DNA of 64,000 nt from an uncultured bacterium (GCA_963768835.1 CAVYJB010000002.1:8230-72229), one strand, 5' to 3'. Shown: positions 53,773 to 64,000, counted from the stretch's first letter. Program-made: numbers and translations. Notes: a model not told the origin generated them from the letters alone.

Positions 53773-55890
53773 ATGTCGAAGAACCGGAACCGTAACAACA
53801 GGCGGGAGGGTAAGGGCGCGCGGACAGAGTTCCGAGATGCGCCGGCGATGCCAAACCTTCACCCCGATATCAAGAAGAGCGTTTGGATCGTCACCTTCCT
53901 CGGCCTCACGCTGCTCCTCATTCTCGCGGCCGCCGGACAGGCCGGCCCGTGGGGAGCGTCCTTCTATACCGCGTTCCAAAAACTCCTCGGCGTCGGATAT
54001 TTCTTCCTGCCCCTCGTGAGCTTCCTCTTCGCGCTTTCCTTCTTCACGCTGGAGCGCGAGCGTCTTTTCGGGGTCACCCTCATTGGAGGGGTCCTTTTCG
54101 TCCTCGCGGGGCTCGGTTTCATTGATATCGTCTCGAGCGGCAGCGGCGCCGGGCTGGTGGGGAATCTGGTCGGAGCCGTGAAGACCCCCTTCGGCGTGCC
54201 CGCCGGCATCGTCATCACGTTCACGGCGCTCGTGGCGTCCTTCCTCGTCACCATCAACCGTCCCCTGAAGCTCGCCTGGTTCCGGCGCCGGAAGAACGAC
54301 GAAGCCTCGACGGTGGCGACCGTAGTCCCCGTGAACCTTCCGTCCGCGCCGCCCGAACCGGAACCCGAGCCGGAGCCCGAACCTGTGAAGCCTGCGAAAA
54401 AGGGGAAGGTGACCGACGGCGGGGAGGCGCCCCTGCGCTCCTCGGAACCGCGACCCATCCGGAACTACGTCCCGCCGCCCCTCTCGCTTCTCTCCACGAC
54501 GGTCGAGAAGCCCACTATCGGGGACCTCCAGGCGAACGCCAACATTATCAAGCGGACCCTCGACAGCTTCGGCATCCCTGTGGAGATGGGGGAGATCAAT
54601 GTGGGCCCGACCGTCACCCGCTATACCCTGAAGCCCGCGGAGGGCGTGAAGATCTCGCGTATCACGACCCTGAGTTCCGACCTCGCGCTCGCCCTCGCGG
54701 CGCACCCCATCCGCATCGAGGCTCCGATCCCGGGAAAGTCCCTCGTGGGCATCGAGGTACCGAACCGCGCCGCGGCGATAGTGCGCCTGGGAAGCCTGCT
54801 CCTCTACCCCGATTTCCAGAAAGCGGAAGGGCTCGCCTTCGCGCTCGGGCGGAACGTCCAGGGCGATCCCATCTTCCCCGACATCGAGAAGATGCCCCAC
54901 CTCATGATCGCGGGCGCCACGGGTTCGGGGAAATCCATCACCATCCACGATCTCATCATCTCGCTCCTTTATAAGAACTCCCCCGAGATGCTCTCGCTCA
55001 TCCTCATCGATCCGAAGCGCGTGGAACTCTCTATCTATGAGGGCCTGCCGCATCTCATCGCTCCGGTCGTGACGGACAACAAACGCGCCATGGGAGCTCT
55101 CCGCTGGGTCATTCAGGAAATGGACCGCCGCTACCAGCTCCTCCTCGAGGCCGGTGCGCGCGACATCAAGAGCTACAACCGCGCGGCCGCCGAACGCCTG
55201 CCGTTCGTTCTGGTCATCATCGACGAGCTCGCCGACCTCATGTCGACCTACGGCCGCGAGGTCGAGGGTTCCATCATCCGCCTCGCCCAGATGGCGCGCG
55301 CGACCGGCATTCACCTCGTCGTTTCGACCCAGCGCCCGTCCGTCGAGGTCATCACGGGTCTCATCAAAGCGAACATCACCTCCCGCATCGCGCTTCAGGT
55401 GGCGAGCCAGATCGACTCCCGGACCATCCTCGACACTGCCGGAGCCGAGAAGCTCCTGGGACACGGGGACCTTCTCTTCGTCTCCGCCGAGCTGTCGAAA
55501 CCCCAGCGCATCCAGGGCGCCTACCTCACCGAGGACGAGATCAAGGCGGTGGTGAGTTTTATCAAAAAGCACAACGAGGCCGCCGAGCCAGTCGTCGAGA
55601 TCGAGGCGCACAACGGCGACGAGAGCGCGGAGGGATCCGTGGAAGGGGGTGTGAACTTCGAGGATCTCGCGGGCGAGAATGCGGACGATGACGCGCTGTA
55701 CGCGGAAGCGGTGGAGGTGGTACGGGTCGCGAAGAAAGCTTCCGCATCCCTTCTCCAGCGACGCCTGAAGGTTGGATACGCCCGTGCCGCGCGGCTCCTC
55801 GACCTCATGGAGGAGCACGGCATCGTGGGGCCCGGCGAAGGGGCGAAACCACGCGACGTCTACGCGGAAGGAGGCGACCCCTTAAACTAA
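53773..55890 (+). CDS. ftsK: DNA translocase FtsK/SpoIIIE
   Basis: N-terminal TM helices, Pro-rich linker, Walker A (GATGSGKS), Walker B (VLVIIDELADL), C-terminal gamma wHTH; start may be 53851. Confidence 0.85.
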   Translation: MSKNRNRNNRREGKGARTEFRDAPAMPNLHPDIKKSVWIVTFLGLTLLLILAAAGQAGPWGASFYTAFQKLLGVGYFFLPLVSFLFALSFFTLERERLFGVTLIGGVLFVLAGLGFIDIVSSGSGAGLVGNLVGAVKTPFGVPAGIVITFTALVASFLVTINRPLKLAWFRRRKNDEASTVATVVPVNLPSAPPEPEPEPEPEPVKPAKKGKVTDGGEAPLRSSEPRPIRNYVPPPLSLLSTTVEKPTIGDLQANANIIKRTLDSFGIPVEMGEINVGPTVTRYTLKPAEGVKISRITTLSSDLALALAAHPIRIEAPIPGKSLVGIEVPNRAAAIVRLGSLLLYPDFQKAEGLAFALGRNVQGDPIFPDIEKMPHLMIAGATGSGKSITIHDLIISLLYKNSPEMLSLILIDPKRVELSIYEGLPHLIAPVVTDNKRAMGALRWVIQEMDRRYQLLLEAGARDIKSYNRAAAERLPFVLVIIDELADLMSTYGREVEGSIIRLAQMARATGIHLVVSTQRPSVEVITGLIKANITSRIALQVASQIDSRTILDTAGAEKLLGHGDLLFVSAELSKPQRIQGAYLTEDEIKAVVSFIKKHNEAAEPVVEIEAHNGDESAEGSVEGGVNFEDLAGENADDDALYAEAVEVVRVAKKASASLLQRRLKVGYARAARLLDLMEEHGIVGPGEGAKPRDVYAEGGDPLN

Positions 55891-55891
55891 G

Positions 55892-56581
55892 ATGCCCACC
55901 GAACAGCCAGAACCCAGAACCTTCACGTCCGTGCTCGGCGATACCCTTCGCGTGAAGGGGATCGGCATCGAGAAGCTCGCGCTCCTGACCGGCATCTCGG
56001 AGCGGTTCCTCGGGCTCCTCGCCGAGGGCAAATACGACAAACTTCCCGCTTCGCCCTACACCCGCGGATATCTTTTAAAGATCAGCGAGGTCCTGGGCAT
56101 CGACGGCGCCGACCTCTGGAAGCTGTTTGTCGCCGAAAATGAAAAGACGCGGAAATCGATGCGGAAGGAGACCGTGCCCGCGAACCGTTTCGAGGGCCGC
56201 CGCCTCGGTTTCCGTACGCTGCTGCTGCTCCTCCTCGGTGTCCTCATCGTGGTATTCGTCGGTATCCGCCTCATCTCCATCCTCGGCGCCCCGCGCCTCG
56301 ATCTCCCGGGCCTCGGCAACCGCACGGTGGTGGAAACAACCTCTACGCTCCTCATCCAAGGTACGGTGGATCCCTCCGCTCAATTGACAGTGAACGGGAC
56401 GGCCGTGTATCCTCAGAGCAATGGTGGGTTTCAGACGGAACTCACGCTCCACCCGGGTTCGAACACGATCGAGTTCCGGGTGAAACGCTTCTTGGGGCAG
56501 GAGTACACGACGACACGGGAGGTTTTCTATCAGGCTCCGAGCACTTCGACTACCGCAACTTCCACGATCAATGGCGCCTAA
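55892..56581 (+). CDS. RodZ-like HTH membrane protein
   Basis: N-terminal HTH_25-like ([22 protein letters not shown]...[16 protein letters not shown]), one TM, C-terminal beta domain. Confidence 0.55.
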   Translation: MPTEQPEPRTFTSVLGDTLRVKGIGIEKLALLTGISERFLGLLAEGKYDKLPASPYTRGYLLKISEVLGIDGADLWKLFVAENEKTRKSMRKETVPANRFEGRRLGFRTLLLLLLGVLIVVFVGIRLISILGAPRLDLPGLGNRTVVETTSTLLIQGTVDPSAQLTVNGTAVYPQSNGGFQTELTLHPGSNTIEFRVKRFLGQEYTTTREVFYQAPSTSTTATSTINGA

Positions 56582-57617
56582 CAAAAAAGAGAAGGAGAAA
56601 CAGGAAGGAGGCGACCTTGCGTCGCTTATGGAATCGCTTCAGACGCGCTTCGGCGAGGGCGCGGTCATGAAGCTCGGCGAGGGATCCAATGTAAAAGTGG
56701 AGACAGTGCCTTCGGGCTCCTTCTCGCTCGACATCGCGCTCGGCGGCGGGCTTCCTAAGGGCCGCGTCATCGAGATTTTCGGCCCCGAGAGCTCCGGGAA
56801 AACCACGCTGGCACTCCACGCGATCGCCGAGGTGCAGAAGCGCGGAGGAAAGGCGGCCTTCATCGACGCGGAGCATGCCCTGGACCCTGAGTACGCGGCA
56901 CGCATCGGGGTTAAGGTAAAAGATCTCATCGTTTCCCAGCCGGACAACGGAGAGGAGGCGCTGAACATCTTGGAAAGCCTGGTCCGCTCGAACATCATCG
57001 ACATCGTGGTCATAGACTCCGTGGCGGCCCTCACGCCCCGCGCCGAGATCGAGGGGGAGATGGGACAATCCCACGTCGGTCTCCACGCCCGGCTCCTCTC
57101 CCAGGCGCTTCGGAAGCTCACGGCCATCTCCGCGCGTTCCGGCACCATCGTCATCTTCATCAACCAGATCCGAATGAAGATCGGCATCATGTTCGGGAAC
57201 CCTGAGACCACGACGGGCGGGCTCGCCCTCAAGTTCTACTCTTCCGTACGCATCGACATCCGCCGCACGGCGCAGGTGAAGAAGGGGGAGGAAAGCATCG
57301 GGAACCGGGTGAAGGCGAAGGTGGTGAAGAATAAGGTGGCGCCCCCGTTCAAGATCGCGGAGTTCGACATCATGTTCGGACAGGGCATCTCTTACGAAGC
57401 GGACGTGATGAACACCGCCCTGAACTACGGAACCCTGAAGAAAGCGGGCGCAAGCTACAGCTTCGAGGGAGAGAAACTCGGCGTCGGGTTCGACACCGTC
57501 CGCCTGAAGCTCAAGGAGGATCGGAAGCTTCTCGAGATCATCAAGAAAAAAACCATTGAGGCGATCCGCGCCGGCGCGAAGCCGGGAGGAGGGAAGCCGG
57601 AAGAGGAAAAGGAATAA
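56571..57617 (+). CDS. recA: recombinase RecA
   Basis: Walker [10 protein letters not shown], RecA signature (IVIDSVAAL), L1/L2 loops. Confidence 0.95.
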   Translation: MAPNKKEKEKQEGGDLASLMESLQTRFGEGAVMKLGEGSNVKVETVPSGSFSLDIALGGGLPKGRVIEIFGPESSGKTTLALHAIAEVQKRGGKAAFIDAEHALDPEYAARIGVKVKDLIVSQPDNGEEALNILESLVRSNIIDIVVIDSVAALTPRAEIEGEMGQSHVGLHARLLSQALRKLTAISARSGTIVIFINQIRMKIGIMFGNPETTTGGLALKFYSSVRIDIRRTAQVKKGEESIGNRVKAKVVKNKVAPPFKIAEFDIMFGQGISYEADVMNTALNYGTLKKAGASYSFEGEKLGVGFDTVRLKLKEDRKLLEIIKKKTIEAIRAGAKPGGGKPEEEKE

Positions 57618-57620
57618 AAA

Positions 57621-57649
57621 CCGCCGACTCGGATCGGCGGTTTCTTTTT
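57621..57649. terminator. intrinsic terminator between convergent recA and pilin-like gene
   Basis: ccgccga-ctcggat-cggcgg then TTTCTTTTT. Confidence 0.65.
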
Positions 57650-57661
57650 CCCCTGCTTTTT

Positions 57662-58558
57662 CTATCCCCCGAACGTGACGTCCCAGTGGTCGCTTTCCCG
57701 CGCAAAAATCGTGCCGTTGGGACCCTGGAACTGGGCGGCTCCGTCGCTCCGCACAGGGAGAGGAGAAAGCGACTGGACATACGAATCAAGCTGCGCGTTG
57801 GGCTGGAAATCCAACTTGTAACCGTTCGCGTGCGAAAGATCGCCGGCGGCATGCCCCACCTCGGTCCCCCCCGTGATCGTGACATTGCACCCGCATGCTT
57901 GTTTCAGGTCGAGGGCCCCTTGGAGCGTGGCGGGTTGGAGGCCCTGCAGGGAGGTGCAGTTGGGATTGGTAGGGTCCGAGCAGTTCCCGCTGCTCACAAC
58001 CTGAATACCCGCCGCGAGGAGTTGCGAGCGGGCACCAGCGTCCGTCAGCGGTCCTGCCCCGCCTCCCCCGGTCCCCCCTCCCGTGCCTCCTCCCGCCCCT
58101 GCCGGCGGCGTGTAGGGCACCGTGATGGTGTTGCTTGTGCAATCGATCTGGTTCCAGGGAAGCGTTGGATTCCCCGAGAGGAACGAAAGGACGGTGTTCA
58201 CAATGGACCAGGAGGCGACCACGATGACGAGTCCGATAATGGCGCTCGTGAGCGCCTTCTTGCCGCTGTTGAAACGCTCATCCGAACCCGCCGCGGTGAG
58301 CATCAGGAACCCGCCATAGATGATCGCGAGGACAACGATGGGAATCGCAATATCCGTCGCGAGGAACGTAATGACGTTTGAGGTGACCTTCACGGCGTCA
58401 CAGAGGCCGCAGATTTGCCCCTGCTGATTGCAGGTGACGGGGTTGGGTCCGTTCCAGATAGGATTCGGGTTGGTCTGCGCGGATGCGGGCGCCGGAAGAA
58501 GCAGCACCGAAAGCGCGAGGCTGGAAACGGCTACGAGCGCGATTAAAGAAAAGTGTTT
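57662..58558 (-). CDS. TrbC/VirB2-like (T4SS pilin-like) secreted protein with C-terminal extension
   Basis: Signal peptide, Cys pair, two hydrophobic helices (IAIPIVVLAIIYGGFLMLTAAG; ALTSAIIGLVIVVASWSIVNTVLSF), Gly-rich linker, about 130-aa C-terminal domain. Confidence 0.45.
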   Translation of the reverse strand, partial: KHFSLIALVAVSSLALSVLLLPAPASAQTNPNPIWNGPNPVTCNQQGQICGLCDAVKVTSNVITFLATDIAIPIVVLAIIYGGFLMLTAAGSDERFNSGKKALTSAIIGLVIVVASWSIVNTVLSFLSGNPTLPWNQIDCTSNTITVPYTPPAGAGGGTGGGTGGGGAGPLTDAGARSQLLAAGIQVVSSGNCSDPTNPNCTSLQGLQPATLQGALDLKQACGCNVTITGGTEVGHAAGDLSHANGYKLDFQPNAQLDSYVQSLSPLPVRSDGAAQFQGPNGTIFARESDHWDVTFGG

Positions 58559-58617
58559 CATGCGCCGTCGGTTCTTTCCTCTAGTATAGCACTCGGGCAT
58601 CAGACCAGCCTCTCGCT

Positions 58618-59427
58618 TCATGCGTGCTGCAAGGCATAGAAATTCTGGAAAAGCTCCGCGACAAGAACGGGCCCTGTGCCACCCGGCGTGGGAGTCCAGA
58701 ACGAGAGCGACGGAGCGGCGGCCGGGTCCAGGTCACCCATGAGTTTCCCATCTTTTGTACCGTACCCGAAATCAATGACGCTGGCACCATTTTTGAGCAT
58801 CCCGGGGACCAAAAGTCCGGGTTCCCCGACGCCCGAGACCACCAGATCCGCCTCCTCAAGCGCTTTGAGGTCGTCCATAATCTCCAACCTGCGAAGCTCC
58901 TTTGCTCTACTCTCAAACCACGCAACGACCGGGCGTCCTACGAGAAATCCGTCCGCGCCCACCACGGCGACGCACGCTTTCCGCGGTTCAAACCCGGCGA
59001 CCTCCAGAATCTTGCGTACCGTGCCGACCGCAGGCGGCACAATGGGATTCTTTCTGGCAACGAATGCCTCATAGGCGCGCCGCCCCAGCACGTCCACATC
59101 CTTCTCGGGTGGGATGACGTCGAGAACGCGTTCGCGACGGATGGCGGAAGGGAGTGGAAGCTGGACGATCACGCCGCCGCAAGTCGTATGATCCGCTATT
59201 TTCAGAACCTCCGTCCGGAGTTCGTCGTGGGATATCGTCCCGGGAAAGCGGTAAAGCCGGAAGTCCACTCCCAGCTGGGCCGCGACCCTCTTTTTTTGGT
59301 TCAGGAAACTGAGCGACGCGGAATCTTCCCCTACGAGCACCGCCGCGAGGAACCGGGACGGCCGCGGCTGCCCCTTCAATCCTTCCAGAACCTCATCCGC
59401 GATCTTCCTCCCATCGATCATTACCAT
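58618..59427 (-). CDS. folD: bifunctional methylenetetrahydrofolate dehydrogenase/cyclohydrolase
   Basis: FolD N-terminus and NAD(P)-binding GxGxxG region (VVGADGFLVGRPV). Confidence 0.8.
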   Translation of the reverse strand: MVMIDGRKIADEVLEGLKGQPRPSRFLAAVLVGEDSASLSFLNQKKRVAAQLGVDFRLYRFPGTISHDELRTEVLKIADHTTCGGVIVQLPLPSAIRRERVLDVIPPEKDVDVLGRRAYEAFVARKNPIVPPAVGTVRKILEVAGFEPRKACVAVVGADGFLVGRPVVAWFESRAKELRRLEIMDDLKALEEADLVVSGVGEPGLLVPGMLKNGASVIDFGYGTKDGKLMGDLDPAAAPSLSFWTPTPGGTGPVLVAELFQNFYALQHA

Positions 59428-59436
59428 GGGGTTGGG

Positions 59437-60603
59437 CTAGTGTAGTTCTAATTTCAGCACTGCGTTGATGCGGCGGGCGAGTTTTTTCATGTCTTTTTCT
59501 CTCATTCCGCGGGTCGTCACGGCCGCAGTGCCGATGCGGATGCCGGAGGGATCCGCCGGCGGGCGTCTGTCATAGGGAATGGTGTTTTTGTTCACGACGA
59601 TGTCGGCGCGCTCGAGCGCGTCCGATGCGGCTTTTCCCGAGAGACCCCGCGCCATCGTGTCCACGAGAAAGAGATGGGAGTCGGTGCCTCCGGAGACAAT
59701 CCGCCAGCCGAGCTTCTTGAGTTCCAGGGCGAGCGCTTTCGCGTTCTTCACCGTTTGTTTCGCGTACCTCCGAAACGCCGGCTGCGCGGCCTCCTGGAGC
59801 GCCACCGCGGCGGCCGCGATCGCATTCACGTGAGGCCCGCCCTGCAACCCCGGAAATACCGCTTTGTCGACGCGCGCCGCAAGCTTTTTCCGCGCGAAGA
59901 GGAGGGCCGCCCGAGGCCCGCGGAGCGTTTTCTGCATCGTCGTCATCACGGTGTCGGCGTAGGGGAAGGGAGAGGGATACGCACCGCCCGCCACGAGGCC
60001 CGCGACGTGGGAAAGGTCCACATGGAGGTGCGCGCCGACCGCATCCGCAATCTTCCGGAACTTCTTGAAATCAACGGTCCGCGCATACGCGGTGTAGCCC
60101 GCCACGATGAGGTGGGGGTGTTCCCGCTTCGCGATCCGCAGGAGCCCCGCGTAGTCCAGGCGCTCGGTTTTCCGATCCACGCCGTAGGGAACCTGCTTCC
60201 AGAGTTTCCCGCTCGCGCTCACGCGGTGGCCGTGCGTCAGGTGCCCGCCCATGTCGAGCGCCATACCCATGAGAGTGCCGCCCGGCGGGACCACCGCAAG
60301 ATAGACCGCGAGGTTCGCGGGCGAACCGGAGTAGGGTTGGACGTTCACGGACCACTCTTTCGGCGAGAGATGGAACAACTTGAGCGCGCGCGCCTGCGCC
60401 AACCGTTCCACATCGTCCACGACCGCGTTCCCGCCGTAGTACCGCGCGCCGGGGTATCCCTCCGCGTACTTGTTCGTGAAAACGGAGCCGAGCGCCGCGC
60501 GGACATCCTCCGAGGCGAAGTTCTCGGACGCGATGAGATCGATGGTTTTCTTTTGGCGCGCCTCTTCCCGCCGTACGAGCCGTTCCACCTCCTTGTCCTT
60601 CAT
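59437..60603 (-). CDS. glyA: serine hydroxymethyltransferase
   Basis: SHMT motifs (LIASENF, YAEGYPG.RYYGG), PLP-Lys region (THKTLRGPR). Confidence 0.9.
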   Translation of the reverse strand: MKDKEVERLVRREEARQKKTIDLIASENFASEDVRAALGSVFTNKYAEGYPGARYYGGNAVVDDVERLAQARALKLFHLSPKEWSVNVQPYSGSPANLAVYLAVVPPGGTLMGMALDMGGHLTHGHRVSASGKLWKQVPYGVDRKTERLDYAGLLRIAKREHPHLIVAGYTAYARTVDFKKFRKIADAVGAHLHVDLSHVAGLVAGGAYPSPFPYADTVMTTMQKTLRGPRAALLFARKKLAARVDKAVFPGLQGGPHVNAIAAAAVALQEAAQPAFRRYAKQTVKNAKALALELKKLGWRIVSGGTDSHLFLVDTMARGLSGKAASDALERADIVVNKNTIPYDRRPPADPSGIRIGTAAVTTRGMREKDMKKLARRINAVLKLELH

Positions 60604-60657
60604 GGGCCCACTCTACAATAAAAAAGCCGCGGGGGGAACCGCGGCGGCCGGCATGCC

Positions 60658-60978
60658 CTATTTCCCTCCCTGGAGCAGCTGATCCAGACCCTGGAGCGAC
60701 TGTCCTCCCGTGATGGGCTGGGGTGTGGGCGGCGGGGTTGTCGGTTCGGGCAGCGGCGCGGCGACGGGAGCCGACGGCGACGTGGAGGTGGCGGAGGGCC
60801 CCGCGGCGGCCGGGGTTCCCGAAGGGCTTTCGGCCACGGGCGGTTCGGCCGAAGGAACCGGGGTGGACTGCGCGGCAGGCTGCGGCGCGAAGAAAAGCGG
60901 CACGTAGGTGGCTACGAGCCCCAGGGAGAGGATCACCACGACCACCGTGATAAGGGTTTTGTTCTTCCCGGCGTTCAT
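60658..60978 (-). CDS. small TM protein with Pro/Ala/Thr-rich tail
   Basis: N-terminal TM helix; PEPTTPPPTPQP. Confidence 0.45.
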   Translation of the reverse strand: MNAGKNKTLITVVVVILSLGLVATYVPLFFAPQPAAQSTPVPSAEPPVAESPSGTPAAAGPSATSTSPSAPVAAPLPEPTTPPPTPQPITGGQSLQGLDQLLQGGK

Positions 60979-60988
60979 GGGAATGGAT

Positions 60989-61552
60989 TTAGAGAAGCTG
61001 GGCCTGCGGGGCAGCTATTTCCCGGTACTCGATCGGGACCTTCGTCATTTGGGGCACGTTCCGCTCTGGGACCCAGAGAAAGCCCTGTTTCCGAATAAGG
61101 TCAAAAATGCCTTTCGTGAGCTTCACATCCTGGAGACAGTACGCCTTGAGCTTGTCCATCTCGCCGTTCCTGTAGAGATCGATCGCCTCGAGGCCTTTCC
61201 CGGTCTTTCCCATGCCGAGATTCGCCTCCGCGAGCACACCGAGCCCCACCCGCCGGCCAAAGCTTTTTTCCAGAGTCTCTAGGATATCGTAGTGGGGGAT
61301 GGCCGCGAGGTTGAACTTGTAGTACTTCGCAAGAACCGGCACGTCAAATCGCTTGCTTGAAAACCCGATCAGCGGATGCGCGCGCTTCAGGATCTCACCC
61401 AGCTCCTCGAGCTGGTGCTCATCGTAAATGGAGTACTTATCTTCGGCGTAAGAATAGACGCCGACCACCGAGACGTCGAACTCCGGTATGTGGCTGTTCA
61501 CATCGCCGAAGGTGTTCTTCGTCTCGATATCGAAAACAATTTGGTCAGACAT
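60989..61552 (-). CDS. RNase H-fold 3'-5' exonuclease (DEDDy, YprB/PolB-exo-like)
   Basis: Exo I IVFDIET, later D and YCLQD (YxxxD) motifs. Confidence 0.6.
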   Translation of the reverse strand: MSDQIVFDIETKNTFGDVNSHIPEFDVSVVGVYSYAEDKYSIYDEHQLEELGEILKRAHPLIGFSSKRFDVPVLAKYYKFNLAAIPHYDILETLEKSFGRRVGLGVLAEANLGMGKTGKGLEAIDLYRNGEMDKLKAYCLQDVKLTKGIFDLIRKQGFLWVPERNVPQMTKVPIEYREIAAPQAQLL

Positions 61553-62027
61553 GCCGATCGGCCACCTTCGATGCAGCGTAACTGTCGGGTTTGGTTCTCA
61601 CTTCGTAGTTCATCGCGCGGATCATCCCGACCACCTCCTGGATCAGGACTTTCGTCTGCCCGTTCTCGCCGACGTCCGCATGAATCTCAAAATCCCAGTC
61701 GACGCCCACCGCCTCGGCCCGCAGGAGCGAGAGGAGCTCCTTCGCGGCGTCGAGCGAAAGCAGCACTTCTTGGATGATGCGGTCGCGAAGTGTATGGAAC
61801 TTGCCGAGCTCGAGGCGCCGCCAGAAGTAGCGCCCGCCGTTGCCTTTCCGGTGCACGAGAATCGCGGTCACGAAATCCGCCTTGCCGCTCGGAAGGCCGA
61901 GGGAGTCGGAACCGATGATGACTTTGTAGGAACGCTTGGGATCCGCTTGGATGAAATTGACGATTTCCCGGACAACGTCTTTGATCTCCAGTTGCAGTCC
62001 GTACGGCGTGCAGAACTTCGGGGGCAT
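61545..62027 (-). CDS. hypothetical protein, possibly DUF458/YkuK-like RNase H-fold
   Basis: about 160 aa with GSDS motif near N-terminus; 8-nt overlap with downstream gene. Confidence 0.35.
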   Translation of the reverse strand: MPPKFCTPYGLQLEIKDVVREIVNFIQADPKRSYKVIIGSDSLGLPSGKADFVTAILVHRKGNGGRYFWRRLELGKFHTLRDRIIQEVLLSLDAAKELLSLLRAEAVGVDWDFEIHADVGENGQTKVLIQEVVGMIRAMNYEVRTKPDSYAASKVADRHV

Positions 62028-62116
62028 AGTGAATTTACCTTACTCCGCTCCCGCTTCAGTTGTCAACAAAATCCGCGGGCATCCGCCGGAAACGGACCCC
62101 GGAACTTTTTCGCGTG

Positions 62117-62188
62117 TGGGCGCTGAGGGGATCGAACCCCCGACCTACTCGGTGTAAACGAGTCGCTCTACCACTGAGCTAAGCGCCC
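62117..62188 (-). tRNA. tRNA-Val (anticodon TAC)
   Basis: Manual cloverleaf: acceptor GGGCGCT/AGCGCCC, D-arm GCTC-AGTGGTA-GAGC, anticodon stem ACTCG/CGAGT with loop TTTACAC, T-arm GGGGG-TTCGATC-CCCTC, discriminator A; CCA not encoded. Confidence 0.85.
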
Positions 62189-62204
62189 GACGGAACCCGG
62201 AAAG

Positions 62205-62276
62205 TGGATGCGCCTGGATTCGAACCAGGAACCAGCCGTGTATAAGACGGCCGCTCTACCATTGAGCTACGCATCC
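62205..62276 (-). tRNA. tRNA with anticodon TAT (UAU), formally tRNA-Ile reading AUA
   Basis: Manual cloverleaf: acceptor GGATGCG/CGCATCC, D-arm GCTC-AATGGTA-GAGC, anticodon stem GCCGT/ACGGC with loop CTTATAC (U33, A37), T-arm CCTGG-TTCGAAT-CCAGG, discriminator A. Confidence 0.75.
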
Positions 62277-62285
62277 GACAGGACC

Positions 62286-64000
62286 CTAGACGGCCTGTGG
62301 CTTCAGTTTAAGACTCTTTATGATGTTGTAAAACTCCTCCTGCTCGAGCGTCTCCTTCTGGATGAGGACCTCCGCGATCCGGTCGAGGACCTTCCGGTGC
62401 GCCGCGATGATCTTGCGCGCGGTCTCGAGCGAGGCGTGGATGAGCGCGTTCACCTCCTGGTCGATCAGATCCCCGATCTTCTCCGAGTAGTCCTTCTCGG
62501 TCGAGATCTCGCGCCCGAGGAAGATCAGTTCCTGGGTATTCCCGTAGGCACGGGGGCCCAGCTTCTCGTTCATGCCGTACTGCGTGACGATCCGGTGCGC
62601 GAGCTCCGTGGCCTGCCGGATGTCGTTCGAGGAACCTGTCGTGATGTCCCCGAAGACGACGGATTCCGCCGCATAGCCGCCGAACGCGACCGCGAGATCG
62701 GTCAGGAACTGCCGCTTGCTGCGGAGACGGCGCTCTTCCGTGGGAAGCTTGATGGTGTAACCCCCCGCCATGCCGCGCGCCACGATGGAAACCTTGTGCA
62801 CCGGGTCCGCCTCCTTGAGGGACGCCGCGACCAGCGCGTGGCCCGCCTCGTGGAACGCGGTGATCTCCTTCTCGTTCTTCGAGATGATGCGGCTCTTCCG
62901 CTCGGGCCCGAGCATCACCTTCTCGATGGAATCCAGGATGTCGCTCTGCAGGATGGAGGTGCGACCCTTGCGGGCGGTGACGATAGCCGCTTCGTTCAGG
63001 AGATTCGCGAGATCCGCGCCGGAAAATCCCGGAGTCCGTACCGCCACCATCCTCAGGTCCACCGCTTTGTCGAGCGGTTTTCCTTTCGCGTGGATGCGGA
63101 GAATTTCCTCGCGGTCGGCGATGTCGGGAAGGTCGAGAAGCACGCGGCGGTCGAAGCGGCCGGGCCGGAGAAGCGCGGGGTCGAGAACGTCGGGGCGGTT
63201 CGTCGCCGCCATGACGATGACGTTCGTGTCGCGGTCGAACCCGTCCATCTCCACGAGAATCTGGTTCAGCGTCTGCTCCCGCTCGTCGTGGCCTCCGCCG
63301 AGGCCCGCGCCTCGTTCGCGCCCCACGGCGTCGATCTCATCGATAAAAACGATGGAGGGCGCGGCTTTCTTGGCAGTCTGAAAAAGGTCCCGCACGCGCG
63401 AAGCGCCGACTCCCACGAACATTTCGACGAACTCGGAAGCGGAAAGGTGGAAGAAAGGAACATTGGACTCTCCGGCCACCGCGCGGGCGAGGAGTGTTTT
63501 CCCGGTGCCCGGCTGGCCCATGAGAAGGACGCCGCGCGGGATGCGGGCTCCCATCTCGAGGAATTTCTTGGGATGCCGGAGAAAATCCACCACTTCCTGC
63601 ATCTCTTCCTTGGACTCCTTGAGCCCCGCGACATCCTTGAACGTGACTTTGTCCTTGGACGCATAGAAAAGACGGAGGTTCGCTTTTCCGAAGGAGAACG
63701 CCTGGTTCACGCCCGTGCGCGCCTGCCGGAACATCCACCAGAAGATGAGCACCATGAGGAGCACGGGGAGGAGCGACGGCAGGAGGATGCTCATCCAGTA
63801 CTTGAACCCTCCGGGTTCCACCACCTTGAGGTCCACTTTCTGGAGCGCGGCTCCGTCGACACCATAATTCTTAAGCGTCTCCGAGAGCCCCGATTCGGCC
63901 TCTTTCTGCGCGGTCGCGACGCTCCCGTCGGAGAGCGTTATTTTGAGATCGTTCCCGCTCACTTCGATGCTCTTCACGTCGCCCGTCTGCACCTTCTGCG
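62286..64000 (-). CDS. ftsH: ATP-dependent zinc metalloprotease FtsH (N-terminus beyond window)
   Basis: AAA+ Walker A GPPGTGKT-like ([13 protein letters not shown]), SRH, HEAGH zinc motif; second TM present, first TM likely upstream of window end. Confidence 0.9.
   Translation of the reverse strand, partial: QKVQTGDVKSIEVSGNDLKITLSDGSVATAQKEAESGLSETLKNYGVDGAALQKVDLKVVEPGGFKYWMSILLPSLLPVLLMVLIFWWMFRQARTGVNQAFSFGKANLRLFYASKDKVTFKDVAGLKESKEEMQEVVDFLRHPKKFLEMGARIPRGVLLMGQPGTGKTLLARAVAGESNVPFFHLSASEFVEMFVGVGASRVRDLFQTAKKAAPSIVFIDEIDAVGRERGAGLGGGHDEREQTLNQILVEMDGFDRDTNVIVMAATNRPDVLDPALLRPGRFDRRVLLDLPDIADREEILRIHAKGKPLDKAVDLRMVAVRTPGFSGADLANLLNEAAIVTARKGRTSILQSDILDSIEKVMLGPERKSRIISKNEKEITAFHEAGHALVAASLKEADPVHKVSIVARGMAGGYTIKLPTEERRLRSKRQFLTDLAVAFGGYAAESVVFGDITTGSSNDIRQATELAHRIVTQYGMNEKLGPRAYGNTQELIFLGREISTEKDYSEKIGDLIDQEVNALIHASLETARKIIAAHRKVLDRIAEVLIQKETLEQEEFYNIIKSLKLKPQAV

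Overview
This is a 64-kb window from a high-GC (about 65%) bacterial chromosome with small, tightly packed genes, mostly housekeeping. The gene content hints at a reduced-genome, Patescibacteria/CPR-like organism: many aminoacyl-tRNA synthetases, PnuC-like transporters, many proline-rich surface proteins, a T4SS-pilin-like protein and three Nudix hydrolases. That placement is inference only.

Core genes: purB, a fused purC-purE, htrA, leuS, tatD, metG, an AI-2E transporter, an M16 peptidase, an ECF sigma/anti-sigma pair, glyQS, recO, a GT2 glycosyltransferase, tsaD, valS, prsW, hsp20, murD, nusA, a phosphomannomutase/phosphoglucomutase, ftsK, a rodZ-like gene, recA, folD, glyA, two tRNAs (Val-TAC and an unusual TAT anticodon) and a partial ftsH.

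Notable findings:
(1) A roughly 4-kb low-GC array (about 40.9-45.0 kb) of seven small same-strand transcription units between murD and hppA. Each unit has a small hypothetical ORF or ORF pair with an intrinsic terminator downstream, and all but one terminal copy (repeat F) are preceded by a conserved repeat that carries a sigma70-type promoter. The full repeat copies carry a tRNA T-arm-like segment upstream of the promoter. The array ends in a tRNA 3'-end-like remnant.
(2) The gene next to the array is a multiply frameshifted H+-pyrophosphatase (hppA) pseudogene.
(3) LeuRS carries a roughly 175-aa alpha/beta serine-hydrolase-like domain inserted just before the CP1 editing domain.
(4) A low-GC island (about 13.9-16.7 kb) holds a class II Fic protein plus a peptidase-S51-like/Nudix pair flanked by 29-bp direct repeats.
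(5) valS and the phosphomannomutase each appear frameshifted or split.

No rRNA genes and no CRISPR array were seen.
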